A DNA stretch of 64,000 nt from Tortispora ganteri (taxonomy: Eukaryota). A program made the position numbers and the translations under genes. The DNA lies in NCBI GenBank assembly GCA_003707115.1, contig PPNB01000008.1, positions 62,001-126,000 of the forward strand, written 5' to 3'. The notes below the pieces were generated by a model that was not told the origin of the DNA, ran no database searches, and saw only the letters and a program-made list of their open reading frames with translations. Shown piece by piece: positions 11,091-23,979 of the stretch (positions are counted from its first letter, which is position 1; every line of letters begins with the position of its first letter).

Positions 11091-12374
11091 ATGCCCTCCT
11101 TTATAGAATTGGCCATATTATGGTTATTTGTTGTTTTGTATATATTTGTTCTATGTGTAGCATCGATAGGGGCATATAGACTAGTGGCGGAATTTAGAAC
11201 TTCGAAACCTTCAGCTGCATCGGTGCCTGGCGTGCCCGGCGTGCCCGGCGTGCCCGGCGTGTCTATACTTAGACCGGTTAAAGGCACCGAAAGCGCCTTT
11301 ATTTCATGCATGAAATCCACATTTGAGCAGGATTATCCTAATTTTGAGATTATCTTTTGCATAAAGGATGCTGGTGATCCGGCTGTCCCGGTCTTAGAAC
11401 AACTGTGCAACCAATACAAGAATGTACCCACAAGGATTCTCACGGGCCAAGCTGCTTCTTATGGACAAGACGGGTACGGTCCTAACCCAAAAATAAACAA
11501 TCTCGCACAGGGATTTGACCAGGCAAAACACGATATTTTGTGGATAATTGACTCGAACGCATGGGTCGATCCGGGAACGCTAGGACGTGCAGTGGACAAG
11601 TTCCGCGGAACTGTCGGTTTAGTGCACCACCTACCTGTCGCCGTCAGTTTCTCTGGCTGGCTAGGATCGCGACTTGACGAAATGTACCTGAGCACTGGAC
11701 ATGCCAAATTCTACACAGGTATCAATGCCATTGGCGTTGCGCCCTGCGTCATGGGTAAGTCAAATCTTTTTAGAAAGTCGTCGCTGCTCGCTGCGTCCCC
11801 TGACGGGTTCAGGTATTTTAGTCACTTTATTTCTGAAGACCAAATGCTCTCAGAAACGCTATGGAAACACGGCGAGCGCACCTGTTTGGTCTCTGATCTA
11901 GTGATACAACCTACCAAAGACGAGACGTTCGTGGAATACTGGTTCCGCCGATTGCGCTGGATACGTATACGGAAGTACGTCGTAACCGGCGCAACGCTTG
12001 TGGAACCCTTTACGGAAAGCATAGTGAGCGGAATATACGGTGGACTGGCTATTAGCGCGCTTACTGGAATTTCGGCGTGGTCTTATTTTTGGCTCCATAT
12101 GAGCCTATGGTGCCTCATGGACTACACTGTGTACTACTCGATCCGCGCACGCGCTACACACGAAATCAAGACATACTACGACTCGCCCGCTACGATTAAT
12201 GATATGACATTTGCGAGATGGCTCTATATATGGCTCGCTAGAGAGGTTCTTGCGCTTCCTATATGGATGGCTGCGATGTGCGGCTCGTCCATCGTATGGC
12301 GTGGCCAGCGTTTCCGCATCAATGCCGACAACTCTGCAGAACCTGTGTCCAAGTTTGATCCCTTGTCGTTTTAA
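11091..12374 (+). CDS. HSX11: Ceramide glucosyltransferase (GT21)
   Basis: N-terminal TM, PGVSILRPVKG, GPNPKINNL, WIIDSN, CVMGKS, SEDQ and RRLRWIRIRKY. Confidence 0.92.
   Translation: MPSFIELAILWLFVVLYIFVLCVASIGAYRLVAEFRTSKPSAASVPGVPGVPGVPGVSILRPVKGTESAFISCMKSTFEQDYPNFEIIFCIKDAGDPAVPVLEQLCNQYKNVPTRILTGQAASYGQDGYGPNPKINNLAQGFDQAKHDILWIIDSNAWVDPGTLGRAVDKFRGTVGLVHHLPVAVSFSGWLGSRLDEMYLSTGHAKFYTGINAIGVAPCVMGKSNLFRKSSLLAASPDGFRYFSHFISEDQMLSETLWKHGERTCLVSDLVIQPTKDETFVEYWFRRLRWIRIRKYVVTGATLVEPFTESIVSGIYGGLAISALTGISAWSYFWLHMSLWCLMDYTVYYSIRARATHEIKTYYDSPATINDMTFARWLYIWLAREVLALPIWMAAMCGSSIVWRGQRFRINADNSAEPVSKFDPLSF
11223..11258 (+). repeat. 9-bp coding tandem repeat x4 (VPG)
   Basis: gtgcctggc followed by three gtgcccggc units. 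Confidence 0.95.
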
Positions 12375-12626
12375 TTGCTGGAAGACATAATTACGAAATG
12401 CATAATTTTGAAACTTTATAACACATGAACTCATATGATCTGCCAAATATATAAATAACAGTTATTATTTCATACGGCTATTAGAGTTCATCACGAGCTT
12501 CTCTCTCCACCTTTAATTGGATTGAAACCAGTGATGCCCACCTAGGAATTTATCGCTATCAGGCCGAAGAGCCGACTTTAACATCCGGCTTTACCCTTAT
12601 ATATTGCTGATAAATCTCTATTAGTC

Positions 12627-15512
12627 ATGAAATTTGGCCAAACACTTCAAGATGAGCAAGTACCTGAATGGCGGTATCAATATCTCGACTATAGAAGCGG
12701 CAAAAAGTTACTGAAGACGATTCAGGCCAAGCATACGGACAGCCCCAGATCATTTCGAAAAAGAGCTGCTTCTGTGTTGTTTACCCCCTCATTGCGTACT
12801 AAACGTGACTCTCCCGCCAGTTATAATGATATAAATCGTCTAAATCGCATAGAATCTGCTGAAAGCCAATCTTCTTTTTACCGCCTGCCTGAGCCTCACG
12901 TCGATGTTGATCGCTCTTTGCACCAACCTTCGAGAGGCTCGCCTGCTGAACACGGCACTACCCCTCATGACCTGCTGGATACCTGCGATATTGCTACCAC
13001 CTCAACTACGCCTATACAGATTCCTACACCACGTGGCATAGGTAAAGAAACATACGGTATCTACGGCTCGCTCATCGCGACTCCTCCCGACCATTTACAC
13101 GTACCACCAGAAGCACACAACACTCCCGTGGATTCCACACAGACGACAGAAGAGTCTGAGAGAGAGATACTTCCACTGCGCGAACCTTTAAAAAAGACTA
13201 GGAATGGAGCTTCATCTGTCTCTTTTGACTCCAAGCCGTCACCGCAGATTCAGCATACTTCTGCCTCCAGTTCGACTAGACACCGTGCGTCTGGACCAGG
13301 ATCGTCTTCAGCTGATGGTGCAGATACTCTAGAACTAGCGTTTGACTCACCGGAGAATCACTTCAAGGACTGGATTGATGATCAAATTGCCAAAATGAGT
13401 ACTTTTGTAGCCCAGAAACAGACAGACGCTGCCCTCCGTTTGAACCTGCTTCGCCTTCAGCTTCACAAATTGAGAGATGAGAAGCTGAAAAAAAAGTCTC
13501 TACAGGTGCAACAACGTTCCAGTGACCAATTTGCGCCTAGTAATGCTTCATCTCCCTTTAGAAAGATCTTGTCGCGAATGTTTGACCCTTACATCATCCC
13601 TTCTTTACCTTCACTTCACTTTTTCAACCCGATCGCCATGAAAAGGAAGGTCAAATCAGCGCAAGACGCCCGCGATTACGACAGGTCAAACTATACACCG
13701 CCTTATGTCTATGCTAAAAGACAACTACAACAGGCTATGCTGGAGTATTACAGAGGACTCGAGTTAATACACTCGTATATCACTCTGAACAAAGAAGCAG
13801 TCAGGAAGATTGTTAAGAAGTTCGACAAGACTTCTGGCCTAAATTTCTCACCTGTTTATGCCAAGAAAATTGAGAAAACGTATCTTGGTAATACTGACCG
13901 TATTGAGGAATTGATGCGTGACACCGAAGATCTGTATGCGCGATATTTCCAAGGCGGAGACCGCAAGAAGGCTCTAGTTAAGCTTCGTGCACCCCAGGTG
14001 CAAAACGCACATAGCGGTTCTGTATGGATAACTGGATTCTCTACTGGTGCCAGTTTGGTTCTAATTATTGATGCCGTGGTTGTTGGTTTACAGAAGACTC
14101 TAGGTGGAGATATTGATATTGGTGCAAAACTGCTTCAAACTTGGGCTGGGTTTATGCTTGTGGTTTTATTCAGTTTACTTTTCACAGTTAATTGCGTAGT
14201 ATGGAACCGCTATAAAATTAACTATCCGTTCATTTTCGAGTTCAATCCTCGCACTGTTTTGGATTACCGTGAATATATGGTGTTGCCGGCGTTGTCATTT
14301 CTCTGGCTGAGTATATGGGCATGGCTATGCTTTCGAAATTTTTGGCCAGATAAGCTGCCACCCCAATACTACTCATTGATATATTTGGTTACTACTTTAG
14401 TAGTGTGGCTTATGCCGTTTCAGGTATTCTACCCTAGTACTCGCAAATGGCTAGCTGTTTCATTATGGAGACTTTTGCTTTCAGGCCTCTTCCCAGTCGA
14501 ATTCAGAGACTTTTTTATTGGTGACGTATTAATGTCTTTAACTTACTCTTTGAGTAATGCGGGCATGTATTTCTGTCTTTTCAGTAAAAACTGGGTTGTT
14601 GGTACTACATGCGATTCGGCTCATTCGCGACTGATGGGTTTTCTTGCAGCTCTGCCTCCAATCTGGAGATTTAACCAGTGTATGCGGCGCTATGCAGACA
14701 CAGGTCAATGGTTTCCTCATTTGGCCAATGCTGGTAAGTATGGGTCCACTATTATCTACTATGCGTTGCTCAGCGTATGGCGTATTAATCAGAACAATAC
14801 TACAGAGGCACTCTTCATATCAATTGCTGTGATATACACTATACTGAACTCATTTTGGGATATAGTTATGGATTGGTCATTGTTTCAGATGAATTCAAAA
14901 TACAGGTTCCTCAGGAACGAGCTGGCTTACAAGAAACCCTATGTTTACTATATCGCCATGATCCTTGATCCTATATTGCGACTACTATGGATATTTTATG
15001 CGTTTTTTCCTGCAAGTATTCAACAGTCTCAAGCAGTTTCATTCTTTGTTGCGTTTACTGAGGTTTTCAGAAGATTCATGTGGTTAGCTTTGCGCGTCGA
15101 AAATGAACATTGTGCCAATGTAGGAAGGTCTCAAGCGTACAAGGATGTGGACTTGCCGTATACTATTGCTCTACAACGAACAGATAGTACTGACAGGTAT
15201 CCACTCATCAATATGCAGAGCAGCGACGCAGAACGGGCTGAAGCTCAGACCACTGGCGCTACTACGACTGGAGGGAAGACTTACTTTACAGAGGGCAACC
15301 GACCAAGAAGAAGGTCTATATGGGCACTTACTGAAAATGGTTGGAACTCACCTTCATCGACTGCTGCCGCAGTGTCGCAGGCATTCCAGAGAGCACATAC
15401 GCAAGATTTTGAGCGTCGGAAACAACCTGATCGAGATCTCGTAGATGATGATGACGATGATGAAGAGGACGAAGACACGGAAATGGCCGATGCAAACCCC
15501 TTGGCTCAGTAA
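12627..15512 (+). CDS. SYG1: SPX-EXS phosphate exporter family protein (XPR1 homologue)
   Basis: MKFG..L, YLDY..GKK and RKIVKKFDK (SPX); INYPFIFE, VEFRDFF and RVENEH (EXS). Confidence 0.93.
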   Translation: MKFGQTLQDEQVPEWRYQYLDYRSGKKLLKTIQAKHTDSPRSFRKRAASVLFTPSLRTKRDSPASYNDINRLNRIESAESQSSFYRLPEPHVDVDRSLHQPSRGSPAEHGTTPHDLLDTCDIATTSTTPIQIPTPRGIGKETYGIYGSLIATPPDHLHVPPEAHNTPVDSTQTTEESEREILPLREPLKKTRNGASSVSFDSKPSPQIQHTSASSSTRHRASGPGSSSADGADTLELAFDSPENHFKDWIDDQIAKMSTFVAQKQTDAALRLNLLRLQLHKLRDEKLKKKSLQVQQRSSDQFAPSNASSPFRKILSRMFDPYIIPSLPSLHFFNPIAMKRKVKSAQDARDYDRSNYTPPYVYAKRQLQQAMLEYYRGLELIHSYITLNKEAVRKIVKKFDKTSGLNFSPVYAKKIEKTYLGNTDRIEELMRDTEDLYARYFQGGDRKKALVKLRAPQVQNAHSGSVWITGFSTGASLVLIIDAVVVGLQKTLGGDIDIGAKLLQTWAGFMLVVLFSLLFTVNCVVWNRYKINYPFIFEFNPRTVLDYREYMVLPALSFLWLSIWAWLCFRNFWPDKLPPQYYSLIYLVTTLVVWLMPFQVFYPSTRKWLAVSLWRLLLSGLFPVEFRDFFIGDVLMSLTYSLSNAGMYFCLFSKNWVVGTTCDSAHSRLMGFLAALPPIWRFNQCMRRYADTGQWFPHLANAGKYGSTIIYYALLSVWRINQNNTTEALFISIAVIYTILNSFWDIVMDWSLFQMNSKYRFLRNELAYKKPYVYYIAMILDPILRLLWIFYAFFPASIQQSQAVSFFVAFTEVFRRFMWLALRVENEHCANVGRSQAYKDVDLPYTIALQRTDSTDRYPLINMQSSDAERAEAQTTGATTTGGKTYFTEGNRPRRRSIWALTENGWNSPSSTAAAVSQAFQRAHTQDFERRKQPDRDLVDDDDDDEEDEDTEMADANPLAQ

Positions 15513-15713
15513 ATTGAAAAAAAAAACTAGCGAGAAACAACTAACGAGAAAAACTACTGAGACATTATTTCAGATTTATAAAATTAAAAATTCATTCAAA
15601 TTTACATCGTAAATCTCATCTATATGTGACAATAAGTAAAAATAACAGCAATATTTTTGAGTTTAAAGTTCAGGCTTATAGTAACCATGTCCCAACTGTA
15701 TCTTACTTACTAT

Positions 15714-15786
15714 GCCTCCTTGGCTCAGTGGTAGTAGCGTCGCACTTGTAATGCGAAGGTCAGTGGTTCAAATCCGCTAGGAGGCA
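15714..15786 (+). tRNA. tRNA-Thr(TGT), intronless
   Basis: GCCTCCT/AGGAGGC acceptor stem, A box TGGCTCAGTGG, anticodon arm TCGCA-CTTGTAA-TGCGA, B box GGTTCAAATCC, downstream T runs. Confidence 0.95.
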
Positions 15787-16125
15787 TTATGTTTTATATT
15801 TTCTTTTTATCTATTTTTTGGTTTTTTGGATGTTTATAGTAAGATATATAACTTATTAAATTAAGCCGATTCTACTACTTATTCATTTAGCTCAATAAAT
15901 GCGCTTATTTAGCAATAATTATACATCAATAGTGATATTTAAGATATTTGTGAGTGATATCCCAAAGATGGCGTATATAATAAGCTCTTAGAAAGCGGCG
16001 TCAATCTACGTAAAACCTTCTCATTTGCCTCCTCTCATTTTTGATCTTCTTTCTAGTTCATTTATATACAAGTTTTTTCTTTTATCGGGATTTTTTTTGC
16101 TTTAATATTATAGACTGATTCAGTT

Positions 16126-17520
16126 ATGCGGGGATTATTGTCCCTCGCGGCCTTAGCCGCTACGGCTGTTGCTTTTCCAGCAGATCTGTTGGATATGATT
16201 GATTTGAAAGTAGCATCATGGTCCACATATACCGATCCGGACATCGGTTCTCTATCTGGCGGGCTGATCGCCCTGATAACTTTGGCATCAGTTGCGGGCA
16301 CTGCATGTATCCTTGTATTAATAATAATGTTCTTTACGAGTTCGACCGGCCGAATCTTTCTTGGTAACCTAGCACTTCCGGGCGAGTACGACGATGAGCA
16401 GACCTTTCTGCGCGACGAAGAGGAAGCTTTAGAAGAAATGGACGATATATCTCGTTCTAACTATCTTCAGGCACGCAGTTTCCAAGAAGCAAATCCACCA
16501 GATAGTGTGCAGACCGACATCAGTCTCAGCCAACACATGGCCATTCAAGAGAAAGGTGTATCTGCGTGGCAATTTGAACCTGATTTCGAAAACGGAGCAA
16601 CTTGCATGGTTGAAGCACACACCGAAGTCATTTTCAGCGACGCCGATTGCTCGGTGCAAACAAATCTTCCAATACCCCGTCAAAACGAAGTATACTACTG
16701 GGAGGCTAAGCTCTACGAGAAGCCTTCCACTTCGGTAGTTTCTATTGGTTTAGCTACCAAACCATACCCTCCTTTCAGATTACCAGGTTATCACCGCTAC
16801 TCTGTGGCATATGATTCGCTTGGCAATAAACGGCTTAATCAACCATTCAAGCCTACCAAAAAATATGGCCCTCCGCTCGTTGAAGGAGACGTAATAGGCG
16901 TGGGATACAGCCCACGTTCTCATACTGTCTTTTTTACGAGAAATGGACAAAAACTGGATGACGCTGCGCATAATATGCGACAAAATTTATTTCCAACTAT
17001 CGGCGCTAACGGGCCATGTGTCGTTCATGTAAATTTTGGACATGCTGGGTTCGTATATATCGCTGCCAATGTTAATAAATGGGGACTTGCACCAGCACAT
17101 GGTAACCTCGCGCCACCGCCACCTTACGGCGTTGAGCATGGCTCAATATTACTTGAAAGGGGATCGGAAGCATATTCGCAACAACACAGAATTCAGCCTG
17201 GCCCATGTACACGTCCGCGACTTTCGTCTCCGCGACGAAACACGCGATTCAACGATATAAATCGAATATCGTCTTCCGACAGGGAGGAGTTCCGGCGCCC
17301 TAATAGCATCCGCCTCAATGTTATCGACCCTTTACAGTCAGATACAGTTCCTGATCAACGTAGCGATTTCTCTTACAGGCGGGTGCCAAGCATTAATTCC
17401 GGAAGAGTTTCTGCTCCTCCACAGTACGCGGATCATAGTACTGAAGCCGGACTTCACCCTTTTCCGAACAGCCCGCCTCCGCCATTTGAGGACCACAATA
17501 GTGGCACTCAATCGAATTGA
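16126..17520 (+). CDS. SSH4: SPRY-domain membrane adaptor for Rsp5 (Ssh4/Ear1 family)
   Basis: Signal plus TM segments, IQEKGVSAWQFEPD, YYWEAK, KPYPPFRLPG, GDVIGVG, FFTRNG and the PY motif PPPPY. Confidence 0.85.
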   Translation: MRGLLSLAALAATAVAFPADLLDMIDLKVASWSTYTDPDIGSLSGGLIALITLASVAGTACILVLIIMFFTSSTGRIFLGNLALPGEYDDEQTFLRDEEEALEEMDDISRSNYLQARSFQEANPPDSVQTDISLSQHMAIQEKGVSAWQFEPDFENGATCMVEAHTEVIFSDADCSVQTNLPIPRQNEVYYWEAKLYEKPSTSVVSIGLATKPYPPFRLPGYHRYSVAYDSLGNKRLNQPFKPTKKYGPPLVEGDVIGVGYSPRSHTVFFTRNGQKLDDAAHNMRQNLFPTIGANGPCVVHVNFGHAGFVYIAANVNKWGLAPAHGNLAPPPPYGVEHGSILLERGSEAYSQQHRIQPGPCTRPRLSSPRRNTRFNDINRISSSDREEFRRPNSIRLNVIDPLQSDTVPDQRSDFSYRRVPSINSGRVSAPPQYADHSTEAGLHPFPNSPPPPFEDHNSGTQSN

Positions 17521-17607
17521 GACAGACACGACCAATACGCATCAATTAATTATATTAATGGAGAACTGGACAGAATAATTGCGATTCAGGTGTGACTTCA
17601 ACTGTAG

Positions 17608-19878
<2,271 letters not shown>

Positions 19879-19939
19879 TTAATAGAAATGTGTATTTAAT
19901 AAGTAGTACCGCGTACTTCCCACTTTACTTTTAACCTTC

Positions 19940-20866
19940 ATGCCTTGCATGGTAGCTGTGCATATTGGCGCAGGCGTACATAATGTTTCACGATACAATA
20001 AATACCGTGATTTGATTAGAAGAGCGTGTCAAGCAGGGATAAGATGTGAGAATGCACTAGACGCAGTTGTGGCGTCAGGATCAATACTTGAAGATAGTGA
20101 TTTGACAAATGCTGGATGTACGTCTAATCTTACAATTGACGGGACTTTTGAGTCAGACGCGGCTGTAATGACAGACATAGACGGTGTGATGGCATCAGTA
20201 GGCGCGGCATGTGACGTTGTGGAACCATTACGATTGGCACAGATTCTAGCACAGTCAAAAAGTGCAAATGATCTGGTCGCGCCGCGTATGATTGTCGGGC
20301 TTGGGGCCAAACAGCTAGCCCGAACGCATGGACTGCGGCTACTGGAAACCTTAAAAAATACAAATAATGATAATGTTACAGATACAATTGGCATAATAGC
20401 ATTAGATGAGTCTGGATGCCTAGCGGTGGGCACCAGTTCCGGTGGGCCGTTGAATAAAACCACCGGCCGTGTAGGCGCAGGCGCGCTGCTTGGAGCAGGT
20501 CTATGGATATGTAAGAACGAGATACATAAAACGGCGGTGTGCATGACAGGCGTTGGCGAAGACATTATTTCGAAATGTATGGCCCATACTATTAGCGAAA
20601 GGTTACTGAAATTTGAAGACGAGTCTGAAATGATAAGTGACTATTTCGCGAAAGAAGTGCTAGACCAGCCGTGTCAATTGGGCGTACCCATGATAGGTAT
20701 TCTTGCAGCGAAAGTGTTGGAAAATGGTAAGATAAGTGTCGTTTATGGACATTGTACAAAGTCCATGGTGGTAGGGTATGGACGTCACGCAGATGCTATA
20801 GAATTTGAATTCTCACAGACGCAGCGAGCAGGAAATAGTTATGTAGTAGGTGGTGCAATTGTGTGA
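19940..20866 (+). CDS. Ntn-hydrolase, asparaginase-2/Taspase1-like
   Basis: AVHIGAG, LEDSDLTNAG, autocleavage site D-T in VTDTIG, and SSGG..K.GRVG. Confidence 0.85.
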   Translation: MPCMVAVHIGAGVHNVSRYNKYRDLIRRACQAGIRCENALDAVVASGSILEDSDLTNAGCTSNLTIDGTFESDAAVMTDIDGVMASVGAACDVVEPLRLAQILAQSKSANDLVAPRMIVGLGAKQLARTHGLRLLETLKNTNNDNVTDTIGIIALDESGCLAVGTSSGGPLNKTTGRVGAGALLGAGLWICKNEIHKTAVCMTGVGEDIISKCMAHTISERLLKFEDESEMISDYFAKEVLDQPCQLGVPMIGILAAKVLENGKISVVYGHCTKSMVVGYGRHADAIEFEFSQTQRAGNSYVVGGAIV

Positions 20867-21871
20867 TTTTGCGTGTTGACCTTTTTTTTCAACTTCTTTT
20901 TTGGAACAACCTGTGGTTTAATAAAGAACTTAGCAAGCTCTTCTGGATCGTATTTGCTGCCGCACACCATACACGACTTCGTGGAAGGAACTGAGCAGTA
21001 CACTGAGAGACAAACACTGCACACATAGCCTATGCTGACGACTTTCTGGTGACAAAAGCAAGAAGCTCTGAAATCTACATTGCTTTGAGAAGGCAACGCC
21101 AAGTAATTGCGAATAGACGGGTTCGGCGAGTATACGGACATTAAGTACTGCAAAATTCCTGAAGGGTGATCTGGTCGCAAGAATGTGCCTGAAGTTGCAT
21201 CTGCTATTTGCTCTAGAAACACCGAACTTCCATTTAGTTTGCATATATCAACGGGTATACTGAGTTTTTGCGCTGTGAACATGGCATTCATGCAAGCAAT
21301 ATATTGCGATGGTTCGTCTTCAGAGACACTTATTGCCAATATCCGCGACTGATAGCCGCCATGCCCGATGCTGTGAGCCGATAGTTTGTTGGCATAAGAT
21401 AGAGCCATAGACAAAGCTCCAGCGAACTTGACTGAATTAGATGTACTGTTCTGAGAATTTTCAAGTGAATTAATTAACGCGTCGATGATTACTTGGTTGA
21501 CTATTTGGAAAGGCCGGTACATTTGACCATCCGCTTCGATCCTGGTAGAGTCAGTTAACTCTGTGGCTGGGTACAAGATCTTTGATTTATGAGGCCCGCA
21601 AGAAACTACTAACACCTTATTTGATTCTTTTAGCGATAAATGTGCGTTAATAAACACAAGAAGAGAACTTATAATGCGGCGAAAGTCTACCTTCTCCCTG
21701 ATTCGTGCCCATTGTGCGCCATTAACATCAATAATGATACCTAGCAACGCCGCTTTTGCAGCTTTTTAGTTAGAATTAAAGATTTAAAGAAAGATTATTA
21801 TTGAATTAGAACTCACCAGTTTCACTGCTGGATGTTTGCTGTGCATGCAATGACGAATCAATAGCATCCAT
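20839..21871 (-). CDS. TFB4: TFIIH subunit p34; two exons (21817-21871 and 20839-21761)
   Basis: vWA core (FINAHL, ALSMALSY) and zinc finger VDFRASCFCH...GYVCSVCLS; exon 1 MDAIDSS... splices in frame. Confidence 0.9.
21762..21816 (-). other. Spliceosomal intron, 55 nt, in TFB4
   Basis: GTGAGT donor, CTAAC branch point, AAG acceptor; restores the frame to an MDAI start. Confidence 0.85.
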
Positions 21872-22029
21872 GGAGTTAGATCGAAAGTTGAATAGGTAGA
21901 AACTCTATTTTGATTACATTCTCAACTACACATATATGTTCTTTTTATCTTTTCTTTTATATTCTATTACGAACTGAAACGACGACTCTCATACGTCTGA
22001 CGATAACTACTCACTGAATAATAAACTGT

Positions 22030-23154
22030 CTAAGGATTGCTATCAGAACAGTCCGAATCAAATACGGGTAGTTTAGGGAGAGCATTATGGTACCATGATC
22101 CGGCAGTGAATGCAAATTCCTCGTTGCACGTATAATCTCTGTTTGTTGCACCATATATCTCGCCTAAAGCGTTCAAGACATCTTTGATTTGTTTTGCGTA
22201 CGTGCGACCTTTTGTGTCGACGTTTGCGTCTGACATAGCCGCATTCCAAATAGCAGCGCCTCCAATCAAATCTGCCTCGAAAGCCTTGGTCTCAAACGGT
22301 GAAAGTTCAGTGTTGAACATCTCATACAGTGCCTCAGGAGTAGTATAATCATTGATCGTGTCAGGATTGGCGTACAATCCAGCATAAAACTTGATGTTGA
22401 TATTGGCAAACTTGTTTGTGGACAGATGGTACCCGAACAGATGAATGTCCTCTTCATATACATCAGCCTGACATTTGTACAGATCATAAAATCGCGGGAA
22501 TATAAAGTCAATATCGGCAACGGCAAGCATGTTGTGATACCAGGTACGGGCGTTTAAGCATTCAGGAGAGACACTGACATATACCGGTTTGGTGCTATGC
22601 AGCTCACTCTTCATGTTCATGTAAAACTCCGGGGAGAACGGTTCAATGGGGTTTTCCTGGTAAGTGGGATTAATGTGGATGTCGAAACCATCAAGCACGA
22701 CATCGCCGAAGGGGCGCCGGTAAGCGGGGATGGTGTCAACATTCATGTAAAGCTGATCTAGCTGCTCTACCAGTCTTGAAGGATAATCTTCAGCGATAGG
22801 CGAGCCATTTGAATCGACCAAGTCAATAGAGAGTAAAACAATTTTGTTTTTTGACTGGCAGAACTTTATGTCCTCTGCAAGAGCTTCGAACTCTTCGGGA
22901 TAATTTTCACGGTTACATGGTGTTACTCTTTCGTCGTATTTGCACAATAAGGGGATGTTTAAATTGTCCAATTCGTTTGATAAATTGCCCAAAGAAGATA
23001 TGACTAAAATATCAACTGAATCATCTTGACAGTATTCAGCGAGGGACGTCTTTGCTGGTTTTTGACCCCAATACAGAGCAACATTTGTTCTGGATAAAGG
23101 ATTGAAAGCTAAAACTTCTAGAGCAAAGCAGAAAACAATTAAAAAGCGGATCAT
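22030..23154 (-). CDS. Secreted GH18 chitinase-like protein, predicted catalytically inactive
   Basis: Signal peptide, YWGQ, AEDIKFCQ, RPFGDVVL; catalytic motif reads DGFDIHIN instead of DxxDxDxE. Confidence 0.85.
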   Translation of the reverse strand: MIRFLIVFCFALEVLAFNPLSRTNVALYWGQKPAKTSLAEYCQDDSVDILVISSLGNLSNELDNLNIPLLCKYDERVTPCNRENYPEEFEALAEDIKFCQSKNKIVLLSIDLVDSNGSPIAEDYPSRLVEQLDQLYMNVDTIPAYRRPFGDVVLDGFDIHINPTYQENPIEPFSPEFYMNMKSELHSTKPVYVSVSPECLNARTWYHNMLAVADIDFIFPRFYDLYKCQADVYEEDIHLFGYHLSTNKFANINIKFYAGLYANPDTINDYTTPEALYEMFNTELSPFETKAFEADLIGGAAIWNAAMSDANVDTKGRTYAKQIKDVLNALGEIYGATNRDYTCNEEFAFTAGSWYHNALPKLPVFDSDCSDSNP

Positions 23155-23979
23155 TTTAGACTGAAGATAAAATGAAGAACAGGAAATATTGCATATTTAT
23201 AGGTATATCCTGATTATTATTTGTTTCAGATTTGTAATGGCTATACGAGTATTACATTTACTTACATGTTTCATGGAGTATTTACTGCTATAAAAAACAT
23301 ACCTTTTAGGTATAAGTACCAAATTGAAATATTTACATAGGTGACTTTCCTATATTGAACGATTCACTGTGACTGCACCAAGACCAATTATCTTCAAAAG
23401 AGAATTTCGAGAATCACACCCCTAAACAGGGATTTTTTGTTGATCAGTTTTTAACTGTTTTTTGGTTTCTATTTAAACTCTAAAAATGGTCTTGAAATGC
23501 ATATATTTCAATGAAAAATAGAAAATAATATATTTACTACAGCGTCACCAATAAATTCGCAAATATCGTCGACAGTAATATCCAGTTGAGACTTTGTTCA
23601 ACGTCCAGTCAAACCGTGAATGTATTAAGGTTTTAATGACATTATAAGTAATCGCGTTTAATCGCAATCACATCTTTAATCACAGAGAGCCACTTTATAG
23701 CAGCACCAAACAAGAGTGACAAAAATTATTAAAAATAAATATGAACTTTAGCATCTAATTATTGCCGTTAGATTATGAGCCGTACATGTGATATCAGCGT
23801 AGTTGAAATATAAGTGAGAAATCCTTTTGAACTATATTCTTATTTAAGTTATATGAAAGGTTGCTAGTAACACTAGTTCTATCTACACTTTGACACACTC
23901 AAAGAGATGCCGTTTTCAATAACATTACACTTGTTTTAGCAGAAATGTGAATTGATTATATGTAAGAACTTGTATATAC

